Assembly: GCA_951406725.2 (NCBI GenBank)
Contig: OX597822.1
Span: 9,734,001 to 9,798,000 of the forward strand
Source of the DNA: Octopus vulgaris
Taxonomy: Eukaryota
Length of the DNA stretch: 64,000 bases
Direction: 5' to 3'
Shown here: positions 37,938-52,620 of the stretch, piece after piece
How the letters are laid out: every line of letters starts with the position of its first letter
Position numbering within the stretch: the first letter of the stretch is position 1
Notes under the pieces: generated by a model
What the model was told of the DNA's origin: nothing
Database searches by the model: none
Seen by the model: the letters and a program-made list of their open reading frames with translations, nothing else
Made by a program: the position numbers and the translations under genes

Positions 37938-38446
37938 TACATGCATACATACATACATACATACATACATACATACATACATACATACATACATGCATAC
38001 ATACATACATACACACACTAATATATATTTATATTTAAGTGTTGGGTATGTTTCTAGTAGTACGCCGATAAAGCACGTTCACTGTTTATGGCTACCTGGC
38101 GTCATCCCTGGTAATTACACAATGGTTGCTGGATCTACCTCAGGAAATCCTCAGTGTATGTTGAGTATAAAACAAACGACAGAGATGGAAAATGCCGAAC
38201 AGCCTTAACCTACGGACACTTACAATACGGTGTTTTAAATATGAGAAAAGCAGAGATTGATTAACGAGATATCTCTTATTACATCACTTAATGTCACACT
38301 TTTGCACAGCGAGGATGCACCACTGCTACTTGCACGGTTTTCCACCTGCGATGGATCGATGCAGGATGTGTCGAAACGATCGTAGTGAGCAATAAAGTTT
38401 CCCGTGTATGCCATTTCCCGTCTCTATCGCCCTATTGTTTCTGTTA

Positions 38447-38867
<421 letters not shown>

Positions 38868-39084
38868 GCGGTTATGAGGCAACGAGACACACATAAACCT
38901 CACAGGGTACATCTTAATTCATCTACTCAGTAAGTGCGCAATAGTTAATTAGAAATTAGTTGGTGCTATGAGCAAAGGCAATAGGAAATATCTAAACGGC
39001 GAGCTGAATCTCGAATAAAGCTGTACAAGGAGAATATGCATACATTTACCATATTGTAACTCTCTAGCAAAAACGCACACGCAA

Positions 39085-39163
<79 letters not shown>

Positions 39164-39167
<4 letters not shown>

Positions 39168-39699
39168 GTCATCCCATAAGTTCTGTCCGATTTTAGCTCT
39201 TTAAAAATTGAATGAAATTTAATAGTATTTTAGAATGTCTAATGGAATTAAAATTTATTTTTATGCATTTGTGTACATTTAAACTAATTAAATATTATTT
39301 TACAGAATAATAGAATTAAAATTTCTTTGATTAAAATCCTTTCTAATATGGACGTATCCAAAGAGCATTTGGGGCACATAATGTACGAAAACGGAAAATT
39401 TGGAGCCGAAGCGACTTGAAACATACACTCATTTTATGGGAAAGAATGCTTGAATGAAAGAACTTGCAGAAGATGGCTTGCAAAATTCAGAAGTGGAGAC
39501 TTCAGCCATGAAGATGAAGATCGAACCGGACGTCCAGTTGAGTTTGATGATTAGCTCCGTGAGGCATTACTTGAAGAAAATCCTGCATTATCAGTTGAAG
39601 AATTGGCAATAAAGCCTAGTTCAAACCATACAACTGTTCATCGTCATCTTCCACAACTTGGAAAGGTTCGTAAACTTGGAAAATGGGTGCCTCCTGAGT
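39164..39699 (+). mobile_element. 5' half of a non-autonomous mariner
   Basis: TIR TCAGGTCATCCCATAAGTTCTGTCC, ATG at 39348. Breaks at GKWVPPEL (WVPHEL motif) into (GTT)/(CTT)n. Confidence 0.9.
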
Positions 39700-39899
39700 T
39701 GTTGTTGTTGTTGCTCTTCTTCTTCTTCTTCTTCTTCTTCTTCTTCTTCTTCTTCTTCTTCTTCTTCTTCTTCTTCTTCTTCTTCTTCTTCTTCTTCTTC
39801 TTCTTCTTCTTCTTCTAATTCTTCTTCTAATTCTTCTTCTTCTTCTTCTTCTTCTTCTTCTTCTTCTTCTTCTTCTTCTTCTTCTTCTTCTTCTTCTTC

Positions 39900-39931
<32 letters not shown>

Positions 39932-40229
39932 CTTCTTCTTCTTCTTCTTCTTCTCCTCCTCCTCCTCCTCCTCCTCCATCTTCTTCTTCTCATCATGATC
40001 ATCACAAACATCTCCACTACCACTACGATACCATTATCTTCATCATCATTAGCCCCACCATCACGACGACGACCACCACCACGACCACGACCACCATAAT
40101 CATCATCATCATCATCTCCGCCCCATAACTACTACCAGTACCACCACGACGAATAGCAACAACAACAACATCAGCAGTAGTAGCATCAGTAGGAACAACA
40201 CCAACGACGTAATCACAGCCGTTTTCATT

Positions 40230-40262
<33 letters not shown>

Positions 40263-40580
40263 GTCAACATCATCGTCAACATCATCATCAGCAATATAAT
40301 CCATTGCCATTGCAGTAACGACATAAAAAAAAGCAAAAAACAAACAAAAAAAAACCCCAAAAAGACAAACAAACAATAAAAGCTAAAACAGCAGCAACAA
40401 CAACAACAACAACAATAACAGCGACATCAATATAATCAATGTGATACTAACTGGAAAATTGACAGATCATTTACAGACGAAACATTAAATAAAACAAGAA
40501 AATGACTTTGAATGATGGTGATGATGATGACGATGATGACGACGATGATGATGATGATGATGATGTTGATGATGATGATG
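39700..40580. repeat. (CTT)n followed by mixed trinucleotide repeats
   Basis: Direct reading. Confidence 0.9.
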
Positions 40581-40641
40581 AAGAGCATCAACATGAGCTT
40601 GAAGCAAAATGAAAATGGATAAGAGGGAAAATGTTATACAA

Positions 40642-40694
<53 letters not shown>

Positions 40695-40786
40695 TATGTA
40701 CATATATATGCATATATATATGCATATATATATATGTATATATATATACATATATATATATATATAAATATATATATGCATATATA

Positions 40787-40832
<46 letters not shown>

Positions 40833-41148
40833 TCACACACATACACACACACACACACGAATACACATGGAGGAAAAAAAGCAAACAATTTTATCACACA
40901 TCAGTTATCCGCAAGTCTGCAATTAATCGGTCCAGACAGAAGACGAGTGGCAGGAATTTAGATAAAGATAGAGATACAGAATGAATTGACTGATGGTGAA
41001 AGAAAGAAAGAAAGAAACAGAGTGAGTGAGGGAGACAGAGAGAGAGAGAGGGGGGAAGAGAGAAAGTTTCAGAGAGAGCGAATGATTTAGATGACATTGG
41101 CAGAGCTAGGTAGTTTAAGTACAAATAGATAGTTATATACAGGTATAC

Positions 41149-41196
<48 letters not shown>

Positions 41197-41277
41197 ATAG
41201 ACAGATAGATGTTTAAATAGATGAGAAAATAGAAAGCCAGACAGAGACTCAGAAGACAGACAGACAGACAGACAGAC

Positions 41278-41312
<35 letters not shown>

Positions 41313-41321
41313 CAGATAGAC

Positions 41322-41368
<47 letters not shown>

Positions 41369-41461
41369 CAGATAGATAGATAGATAGATAGATAGATGAA
41401 GAGATAGATAAAGAAACAGAAGTGAAAGAGTGAATGAGAAATATATATTTACATATGTATG

Positions 41462-41529
<68 letters not shown>

Positions 41530-41553
41530 CATATATATGTATGTATGCATATT

Positions 41554-41584
<31 letters not shown>

Positions 41585-41944
41585 TTATATATATATATAT
41601 ATACGTATGTATACACAGACATACACATATATATGTATACATATATATGTATGTATATATAGCTATGTATGTACACACACATATGTATGCATATATATGT
41701 GTGTGTGTGTGTGTTTACATATACTTGTTTGCATGTATATACATATGCATACACATACATGCACACACATATATACACATATGTCTCTCTCTATATATAT
41801 GTATGTAAGTGTGTGTTTATATAGAAAAAAACGTACGTGGATATGGCTGTAAACGAACGCGTACTGAAGCGAGATATAGCCTGACAACCTGACAGAAACT
41901 GAGATCTAGGAAGGATGGATGTCGATAGAAAAGAATATATTAAC

Positions 41945-41984
<40 letters not shown>

Positions 41985-43429
41985 AGAGAGAGAGAGAGAA
42001 GAAAGAGGATGAAGGCAAAAGAAAAGAAATTGAGTGGAATAAAGAAAGAGAGATTGTACGTGAGGAAGAGAGTTAATGAGATAAAGAGAAGATTGGAAGG
42101 GGAAGAGAGAAGGGAAGAGAGTTGTAGATAAACAGATTGAATGGAAATTAGATATATAATTAGATAAAATGAGCGAAAATGAAAAGAAAATATTTTTTAA
42201 AATGTACACAAAAATGGCATGAGAAAACCACTGAAATAAATTTCACGAATAAAATATAAAGAGAAAAATAAATGAATGAATGACTGAAGAAACCCGAATG
42301 AAAGAAATGAATAAAAATAAGAGCAAATGAAGATGAAAGGGTCAAAAAGAAAAGGTAAAAAAAATCACCTAAAAAATCACCTAAAAAATATAAACAGGAC
42401 AGATACAAGAGGATCAAGCAAACAGCAAAAGTGAATCACTGAAACAAAAATTTTGAAATAAAAGTCGTAACAAGCAGCAAAAACCGACGTCAAAGGAATT
42501 TAGTGTCATACACATGGATACATATGACCACACACGCAAACACGCACGTAAATATATCCAAGCAGACTGATAGATACACATAGTCCTTCGACATAGACAA
42601 CTGTTCTTCTTGTCTTTTGTTGATCTCTAACCTATATAAATTCGTTTGTATTTGAAATTTTTTAATATTAATTTTGTCCTCTGTTTGCAGTGACTCAGCA
42701 TTTCACCACCTCTACTTTGTGACCATGGATCCTGAGCTAGGAAATAAAATTTTCGCATTAAGCTTATTGTAAACTTTTTACTCCATTACTGAACGGGTTT
42801 GCAGTGTCTATTTCCCCTGGATTGCAGAGACGTTTTCAAACCCAATTGTTTTCGGTTCCCATACGTGGAAAAATGGTGCTTCTTTCATTTTTCAAACTAA
42901 AGGAATATGTGTACTGGTTGAATCTACTCTTAAAGGTATATTCTGTTACTCTATTATAATTTCCAAGGATACTGTGGCCTGAGATGCTTTAGATACTATC
43001 ATGTTATGTACATAATCGTGCCATGGAGGCACAACGGGTAATCCTAAGTGAACGTGAAATTGATTAGCTTTTGGAATGAGCAATAGTGAGTATCCGACTG
43101 TGCGTGTTTTGTTACGTTCCATGAGGTGCAATGTTGAAAAAATAAACCTCAATAGTTGCTTAGAGTATTACTTTAGTTGAAAAAGATGTGTAATTTGTGT
43201 AAATAGAAACTATAAATCTAATAACGACAGGAAGTTTCTGGTTCTATTGGTTTTTACATTCATATCATATATGTGGTGGTTTGAACCATATTAGATTCAA
43301 CATTCTAGATTTCCTACAGCATGAAGGTTTCTCTTATAACCAAATTTGTTAAAGTCACTTTATTGTAGGGCAGTACTGGAACTCAGCCAATACAGATAGC
43401 TGTGTATCGGAAACTGTATGACAGATACT

Positions 43430-43630
43430 CTTTTACTCTTTTAACTTTTACTCGTTTCAGTCATTTGACTGTGGCCATGCTGGAGCACCGCCTTTAGTCA
43501 AGCAAATCGACCCCAGGACTTATTCTTTGTAAGCCTAGTATTTATTCTATCGGACGCTTTTGCCGAACCGATAAGTTACAGTGACGTAAACACACCAGCA
43601 TTGGTTGTCAAGCGATGCTGGGGACACAAA

Positions 43631-43724
<94 letters not shown>

Positions 43725-43880
43725 CATATATACGACGGGCTTCTTTCAGTTTCTGTCTACCAAATCCACTCGCAAAGCTTTGGTCGGCCCGAGGCTATAG
43801 TAGAAGACACTTGCCCAAGGTGCCACGCAGTGGGACTGAACCCGTAAACAAGCTTCTTACCACACAGCCACTCCTACACC
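43430..43880 (-). mobile_element. CORE-type tRNA SINE
   Basis: Same family as 30800 and 63270, with an internal (CA)n. Confidence 0.9.
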
Positions 43881-44102
43881 TAAAATAAGTTGCGAGTTCA
43901 CCAGGATGAAAATTACTAATCTCCATTTACAGCAATAAAGGATTCTAAAGCTCACAACACGATCTCTAGGAAATAGGAATCAGTAACAGTTGTAGTCACT
44001 AGTTTGTTTTTCTGCCTTCAGTACAAGAGAACCTGGACGGTTGCACATGCGTGGAGCTCCGACTAGCTATGGAGAGAATTGTAGAATACACGCACACACA
44101 CA

Positions 44103-44166
<64 letters not shown>

Positions 44167-44167
<1 letters not shown>

Positions 44168-44559
44168 TAGCAGTATCGCCCGGCGTTGCTCGGGTTTGTA
44201 AGGGAAATAACTATATAAGCATTTTTAGAGATGTAATGTATAATAGCCATCTCAATATGGCTAACCACAAAGGGGGTGTTACTGTAGCTTTTTACGTTCT
44301 GAGATTTAATAATACATTTTTAGAGAGTTACTTCCCTTATATAATAGCAAAAAAATGCATTAAAAATGGGAAAAAAGGATGGTAATTTTTTTTAAAATCG
44401 TAGACTCATCGTAGACGCGCGGTAATACCCAGAAGGGCTCGATATGAATCACGACAATAAGATACCCGGTTTTGGTTACACTGCACCGCAAAATGTGGGA
44501 GTAGTTAGGAATCTAAATCGTAGGAGACAGACACACAACTTCACTTTTATATATAAAGA
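44167..44559 (-). mobile_element. Non-autonomous Helitron
   Basis: Minus strand reads A|TCTTTATATAT ... CCCGAGCAACGCCGGG hairpin ... CTGCTAG|T: 5' TC, 3' CTAG, A/T target and no TSD. Confidence 0.85.
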
Positions 44560-44649
44560 TAATATATATATATATATATATACATCGATCAGTAAGAATA
44601 AATGCTCAACACTACCACATGGGATTAATATTCTTTATTTGCATGTTTT

Positions 44650-44808
44650 GCCCAAGGTGCCACACAGTGGAACCGAATCCAGAACCATGTGGTTGGTTAG
44701 CAAGCTACTTACCACGCAGCCACTCCTTCGCGCCTCCGGCCGAGCAAAAGCTTATGAGTGAATTTGGTAGACGGAAACTGACAGAAGCCCGTCGTATATA
44801 TATATATT

Positions 44809-44840
<32 letters not shown>

Positions 44841-45055
44841 ATTGTATGTGTGTATATGTTTGTGTGTCTGTGTTACTCCCTCCCCAACATCGCTCGACAA
44901 CCGATGCTTGTGTGTTTACGTCCCCGTAACCTAGCGGTTCGGCAAAAGAGACCGATAGAATAAGTACTAGGCTTACAAAGACTAAGCCTGGAGTCGATTT
45001 GCTCGATTAAAGGTGGTGCCCCAGCATAGCCGCAATCGACTGAAACAAGTAAAAG
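44650..45055. mobile_element. Rearranged CORE-type SINE: inverted head (44650-44730) and forward body/tail
   Basis: The head matches the family on the minus strand; the remainder matches on the plus strand. Confidence 0.75.
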
Positions 45056-45138
45056 TGTAAATTTTACAAGGCTACCACTGGTTTCACGCCGTGAATTTCC
45101 AGCAATTATCAAGCCGGCCACCTTGATGTGTGTGTATG

Positions 45139-45191
<53 letters not shown>

Positions 45192-46098
45192 ATATAATAC
45201 GAGTTTGACTCAGCTCCATTGGTATTAAAGTTTCGTGCACACATTGGAAGCATCCATTTCACAAGATATTGGGAGGCATACACATAGGTTTTGTAAATAG
45301 ATTTTCCTTGATATGTGTGTGAATGAATGTATGTATGCATATATGTATATGCTTACTTACGTAAAATACACGCATGCGCACTAATGTGTATATAGATTCT
45401 CTTTCATTCTGTCTGTACTTGATTCCTGGCTTCTGTATCTTCTCGACTCACTAAGTTTCTATATCTTTCTTTCCCCTCTCTCGTTCTTTATACTTTTTCT
45501 TCTCTCATTGCCTTTCTGCACACACGATCACACGCGCTGTATACACCTCTTGTCCTTCAGCGATTGTATAAATACATTTTCACCCGCCCCTTTGTATCTA
45601 TCCCTTTCTTACTCTCTCTCTCTCTTTCATTTCGTATACATATTCATCCATATCTACCTCTTTCGCTTTATGTCCACACTCACAATCCTTTCTCTCTCTA
45701 CTCCCTCCCTCTCCCTCTCACATATACACAATATATCAACTTCTTCATCTCCATGCTATGTATAGACTCTCAACCCCCCCATTGCTGTTTCCCTCATCCT
45801 CTCACTTCTCTTTTCTTCCTCTCCATCTCTCTCATTCGCATGGCCTCTTCCCACTCTCATATGCACAGTTTTTATATTTATATTAATTTATCTAATAGTC
45901 TATTTACTTATTGCTTCCTAGCTTTCGTTTTTCGTTTATCTTTTCTCACTCATCTTTTTATATGTCACCCTTAGTTTTTCACGTTCCAATCACTTGATCT
46001 CTCGTGAATATTTACAGTTACTTTTTAAATTCTTGTATATTTTTTCTTATTTATTGTTCACTCATTTCATGTGCATGTATGAATGTATACATGTATGC

Positions 46099-46158
<60 letters not shown>

Positions 46159-46267
46159 ATAAATATGTTTATATATATATGTATATATATATATATATAT
46201 ATATACATATATACACACAGACGTATATATGTGCGTATGCACTAGTGCACATTTACATATAAAAGTA

Positions 46268-46317
<50 letters not shown>

Positions 46318-46543
46318 AATATGTATGTATATACATATATATATATATATATACGTGTGTGTGTATACATATGCCTTTGTAGTTACATACATACATACAG
46401 TCAGACAGACATACAGACATGCATATACACACATTTATATATATTTGTATGCACATATATGCAAATAACAGATATACGTATAGATATCTCTATGTATCCA
46501 AATATATAACTATGAACACACGCAGGCATCGACATTTCCCCCT

Positions 46544-46586
<43 letters not shown>

Positions 46587-46929
46587 TATACGCACACGCA
46601 CATAATCCTTTTTCCCTGAGTCGTTATCAATGTTTTTGGCTGAGTGGATGGGGTAGACGTTGCTTAATTTAGCCGTTCACATTTTATAAGTTACCCTCAA
46701 CCTTTTTTTTCCCATAACAATCCATCCATCTATCGTTTTGTTAAAACAATAAATACATAAATAAATGAGTATGTAAATAGCTAAAGCCTTCTACCCTAAC
46801 AATAAATAAATAAATAAATAAATGATGCTGCTTCAATACTATCGTTAACCAACCTGGATTTGAAATACGTTCTGCCTATCTATCACCCATCTTTCATTTC
46901 TTTAGACTTTTGTCTCTCCGTACACCCAC

Positions 46930-46959
46930 TACCGCCGTCGTCGTTGTCGTCTTCGTTCT

Positions 46960-47025
<66 letters not shown>

Positions 47026-47093
47026 TATCATCATTATCACGATCATCATCACCATCATCATCATCATCATCATCATCATCGTCATCATCGTCG

Positions 47094-47128
<35 letters not shown>

Positions 47129-47129
47129 G

Positions 47130-47167
<38 letters not shown>

Positions 47168-47174
47168 GTCATCG

Positions 47175-47210
<36 letters not shown>

Positions 47211-47253
47211 CCATCATCATCATCACCATCATCATCATCACCATCATCATCAC

Positions 47254-47310
<57 letters not shown>

Positions 47311-47630
47311 TACCACCACCACCACCACAACCACCACCATCATCATCACCATCTTTACCATCACCCACCACCATCATCATCATCCACATCGTCATCGTCA
47401 TATTCACCAATGTCATCGCCGTCGTCATCGTCGTCGTCGACATCCTCATCGTCAGCCTCACCACCACCACCGTTACTACAACCCCCATCCTCCTCATCAT
47501 CATCATCGTAATCACCATCACCACAACAAAGGAAGCAACTACCATGACCACCACCACCACCACCACCACCACAAAATCCACCACCTTCACCATCATCACC
47601 AGCAAGAACACTCATCATCATCACCATCTT
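46930..47630. repeat. (CAT/CAC/CGT)n trinucleotide region
   Basis: Direct reading. Confidence 0.9.
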
Positions 47631-48021
47631 ACCATTCTCTATAGTCTATCCTTTACAGTACATTTCCACCGTCATCTCAATCGTCTGGGTTATATTTAAT
47701 ACATAAATTCATGAATGTGCAAACGATTATCAAAAGATGGGTTTTTTTATACGCTTTCCCTACACGAACACGCACGCACACGCGCGCGCACATGCACGCA
47801 CACACATACTCATACACACACATACACTGTGAAACTCGCAGACGAAATTGATGTTCACAGATCTACAATAAAATGTAAACAAGTTGACGCTCACACAGTC
47901 ATACATTTATACATACATACATACATACATACATACATACATACATACATACATACATACATACATACACACATACCAACATACATATCTATCTGTCTAT
48001 GTCTCTCTCTCTCTTTGTTTC

Positions 48022-48056
<35 letters not shown>

Positions 48057-48100
48057 TCTGAAACTCAGAGTTTTATCTTGACTATTGAGTAATTGTAACA

Positions 48101-48155
<55 letters not shown>

Positions 48156-48269
48156 TATATGTAAATATTAAACACATGTATTTGTATATGTATGTTTATA
48201 TATTTTTACATATGTATGCGTGTGTATATACTTGTAGAAGCAGTGTATTTCGTGTGTGTGTGTGTGTGC

Positions 48270-48302
<33 letters not shown>

Positions 48303-48309
48303 CACTCAC

Positions 48310-48340
<31 letters not shown>

Positions 48341-48344
48341 TATA

Positions 48345-49241
48345 TCAGATCATCCCATAAGTTCTGTCTGAATTTTGAATGAAGAAAACAAGTGATCAAA
48401 TGTTATATTTAATTGAAATTTAATCATCAATGTACTTTCCCTGATTATCATTAGGTGGTAACAATTCAAAGTGAATTACTCCTTTGCAATCCCACTAGAT
48501 AGAGAAAAGAGCTTTTTCCCATGAAGTTCCCTTCTCGGTTGTGGTTGAGCTGTTTCCCTTTTACCAAGCCACTGTTTACGACATTTAACATTTCGATAGA
48601 AGATCCATTTTTCGTCACCAGTCACAAGTCTATCCAAAAAGGGTGAAATGAGTTCGCGAGAATGGAGAGAAGAGCAGATGTCACCTCAGGATTTGCGGTT
48701 GCTTTCGGACAATTCATGAGGCACCCATTTTTCAAGTTTAGGAACCTTTTCAAGTTGTTGAAGATGACGATGAACAGTTATATGGTTTGAATTAAGCTTT
48801 ATTGCCAATTCTTCAACTGATAATGCAGGATTTTCTTCAAGTAATGCCTCAAGGAGCTAATAATCAAACTCAACTGGACGTCCTGTTCGATCTTCATCTT
48901 CAAGGCTGAAATCTCCACTTCTGAATTTTGCAAGCCATCTTCTGCAAGTTCTTTCATTCAAGCATTCTTTCCCATAACATGAGTGTATGTTTCAAGTCGC
49001 TTCGGCTCCAAATTTTCCGTTTTCGTACATTATGTGCCCCAAATGCTCTTTGGATACTTCCATGTTAGAAAGGGCTTTAATCAAAGAAATTTTAATTCTA
49101 TTATTCTGTAAAATAATATTTAATTAGTTTACATGTACAAAAAATGCATTAAAATAAATTTTAATTCCATTAGACATTCAAAAATATTAAATTTCATTCA
49201 ATTTTAAATAAAGTAAAATCGGACAGAACTTATGGGATAAC

Positions 49242-49245
<4 letters not shown>
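48345..49245 (-). mobile_element. Non-autonomous mariner with both TIRs (901 bp)
   Basis: TA-flanked TIRs TCAGATCATCCCATAAGTTCTGTC / GACAGAACTTATGGGATAACCTGA. KWVPHEL and LVTGDEKWI motifs are present; the C-terminal catalytic part is deleted. Highly similar to the 39164 copy. Confidence 0.92.
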
Positions 49246-49288
<43 letters not shown>

Positions 49289-49391
49289 ATACTTACGTAT
49301 ATACATATATATATATATATTCATATATATATATATATTCATATATATATATTTATACATAGATGTGTATGTCCATACATGTATATATATC

Positions 49392-49462
<71 letters not shown>

Positions 49463-49489
49463 GTCTATCTATCTATCTATCTATCTATC

Positions 49490-49520
<31 letters not shown>

Positions 49521-50073
49521 ATGTATATATATTATATACATACATATGTTCATACATACAGGCATATATATACATGCATATCATACTCCAAATAAGATCA
49601 AGAAAGCGTATAGCACATCCTTAATGACCAGTCATAGCTGTTTATGTTCCACTCCGTTTTAACGGCGTTGCACGCAAAATTTCAATGTGAAAAGTTTCCA
49701 TTCATCATCGACACAGTTCCTAACGTTCATTTAACAGTTCACCTTGTCTTCATCATTTGGACGGCCTTGCATATTGATTTACCAACAGCATCATGCCATG
49801 ATGGTGCAACTTCCTTGTCATATTCATGTGTGCGCGTGCTTCTGTGTCTATGCGCTTCTGTTTGTCTTTCGTCACTTAACAACCGGTCGTGGTTTATTTG
49901 CCTCCCTGAAACCAAGAAGTTTAGTAGAAAGAAACTGATAGAATAAATACCAAGCCTAAAATTAAGCACCTGGGTAAAATATCTTAAGCATTTGCCCCAG
50001 CGAGACCTCAAAAAATAAAAACATATGTGCGCGTATACATACATACATACAAACATACATACATACTTACGTA

Positions 50074-50315
50074 ATTGGAGCACTAGTTTTTGTTATTAAA
50101 TGCTTAAAGGAGAATCTGGATAAACTGGGATTTTCAGAAAGAGAAATCGACTGGCTGATTCGTAACATTACAAGTTCAATCTGTGAGTGGAACAGTAAAA
50201 ATATGCAAGACTTTTTTCAGTTTGTCAATGTTAACTACATCCCAAAGATGGAGCCTTGTCTCTTTGCTGGAAACCGGCTCCCTCCTCAGGGAAAGATTTA
50301 TAATAATTAAAAAAA
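50074..50315 (+). mobile_element. R4/Dong-like RLE LINE 3' end, same subfamily as 37685
   Basis: IGALVFVIKCLKENLDKLGFSEREID...SGTVKICKTFF, preceded by (ATAC)n. Confidence 0.8.
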
Positions 50316-50484
50316 AGGAAGAGACATATATACATGCATTCACACACGCATATGCGTATAAGAGAGAGAGGGGGAGAGAAAGACGGAAAGAAAGAGAGAA
50401 ATAGAACGAGAGGGAGAGGGAGAGAGAGAGGGAGAGAGAGAGAAAGAGACATATGCATGCATTTATATACATGTCTGTATATTT

Positions 50485-50620
50485 ACGAGGTTCGCTCAAA
50501 TATATCCAACCTTAAGGTATGAAAAAAGACAATTTTTTACATTTTATAAATTCTATTCATTCCTTTTCAAAATACTGCTCTTGCGAGTTCACACACTTCT
50601 CCCAGTGATTCTATCATTGA
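50485..50620 (-). mobile_element. Mariner 3' end fragment
   Basis: Minus strand reads WEKCVNSQEQYFEKE*. TACGAGG-type TIR at 50485. Confidence 0.6.
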
Positions 50621-50743
50621 AGATGTACCTGGTCGAGTGGCAAATAAATACAACTCGTAAAAATAACCGTTCTGCAATGTAACATCCCGTCTTGTAGAAA
50701 GAAAAGCAACCAGACGGAGGAAATACCTTTATTTATATCTTTA

Positions 50744-51254
50744 CTAGCAGTATCACCCGGCGTTGCTCGGGTTTGTAAGGGAAATAACTATATAAGCATT
50801 TTTAGAGAGTTACTTCCCTTATAGATGCCAATTCGGGCTTTCTTAGCCATTTCTGTTTTGGTGTCTTCAAGCCATGAAGTCGTTGTTCTAAAAGAACGCT
50901 GGTCTCCTTGACAACGCTTTACGACGTTGATTTCCTTACACTCCCTTCCCCACAGCTTCACGAGGGAGGGAAGAAGGGGAGAAGCAAACAGGTGCAGGTG
51001 TGACCATGGACGCCAACTCCGCCGCCATCGACACACGAAAAATTATGCATTAAAATGGAATAAAAAATGATGTTAAATTATTTTTAAAATCGTAGACTCA
51101 TCATAGACGCGCGCTAATACCCAGACGGGCTCGATATTAATCACGACTATAAGATACCCGAATTTGGTTAAATTGCACCGCAAAATGTGGGAGGAGTTAG
51201 AATCTAAATCGTAGGAGACAGACACTCACACAACTACAGTTTTATATATATAGA
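50744..51254 (-). mobile_element. Non-autonomous Helitron, variant with a distinct internal segment
   Basis: Same termini as 44167. 50825-51040 is absent from the other copies. Confidence 0.85.
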
Positions 51255-51639
51255 TATATAAAAGTAAGGTTGTGTGTCTGTCTCCTACGATTTAGATTCC
51301 TAACTACTCCCACATTTTGCGGTGCAGTTTAACCAAAACCGGGTATCTTATAGTCGTGATTCATATCGAGCCCTTCTGGGTATTAGCGCGCGTCTACGAT
51401 GAGTTTACGATTTAAAAAAAAATTACCATCAATTTTTCACATTTTTAATGCATTTTTGGCATATATAAAGGAAGTAACTCTCTAAAAATTTATTATTAAA
51501 TCTCAGAACGTAAAAAGCTACTGTAACACACCCCCTTTGTGGTTAGCCATATTGAGATGGTTGTTATACTTTACATCTCTAAAAATGCTTATATAGTTAT
51601 TTCCTTACAAACCCGAGCAACGCCGGGTGATACTGCTAG
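51255..51639 (+). mobile_element. Non-autonomous Helitron, head-to-head with the previous copy
   Basis: Ends CCCGAGCAACGCCGGG-TGATACTGCTAG|T and is colinear with the 44167 copy. Confidence 0.85.
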
Positions 51640-51723
51640 TAGAAGATAAAAAATAAAATCACGGATGGCAAAAAGAGAAACGAATACGCAATCCAGCGAG
51701 AAAAGTATTAAAGATAACCGTTA

Positions 51724-51811
<88 letters not shown>

Positions 51812-51914
51812 CAATTATAATCAAGAATAAAATGTATATAGGATTTTATCAAGTAGCTACCTTGTAAAAACCAATAAAAGTAAAAATTAATACAAAGTAT
51901 ATAATTTTATAAAT

Positions 51915-52133
51915 ATAATTATAAAATTATAATAAGGGTAACTACCAAGTAATGTCACAGGCTAGAAGAAGATCCCCAAATGGCTTTAAAACTACTTTAT
52001 TTATCACATAGACAACGGGCTGAAAGCGAGGGAATGAACGAAAAAGATCTCTTGAAAAAGTAGTTTTAGAGCCATTTGGTGTCTTCTTGCATGTGGTATT
52101 ACTTGGTAGTTATGCTTATAATTTTATAATTAT
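51915..52133. repeat. Imperfect ~80-bp inverted repeat
   Basis: TAACTACCAAGTAAT..CCAAATGGCTTTAAAACTACTTT versus AAAGTAGTTTTAGAGCCATTTGG..ATTACTTGGTAGTTA. Confidence 0.75.
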
Positions 52134-52134
52134 A

Positions 52135-52532
52135 CTAGCAGTATCGCCCGGTGTTGCTCGGGTTTGTAAGGGAAATAACTATATAAGCATTTTTAGAGAG
52201 TTATAGCCGAAAAATAGCAAAAAAATGAATTAAAAATGGGAAAAAAATGATGGTAAATTTTTTTTAAATCGTTGACTCATCGTAGACATTTTTAGAGAGT
52301 TACTTCCCTTATATAATCTCGAAAAAATGCATTAAAAATGGAAAAAAATTGATGGTAATTTTTTTTTAAATCGTAGACTCATCGTAGACGCGCGCTAATA
52401 CCCAGAAGGGCTCGATATGAATCACGACTATAAGATACCCGGTTTTGGTTAAACTGCACCGCAAAATGTGGGAGTAGTTAGGAATCTAAATCGTAGGAGA
52501 CAGACACACAACTTCACTTTTATATATAAAGA
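52135..52532 (-). mobile_element. Non-autonomous Helitron with an internal ~100-bp tandem duplication
   Basis: Same termini. CATTTTTAGAGAGTTA...GACTCATCGTAGAC occurs twice (~52188-52389). Confidence 0.85.
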
Positions 52533-52577
52533 TTTATAAAACGATGCACACACACACAGACACACACACACACACAC

Positions 52578-52620
<43 letters not shown>

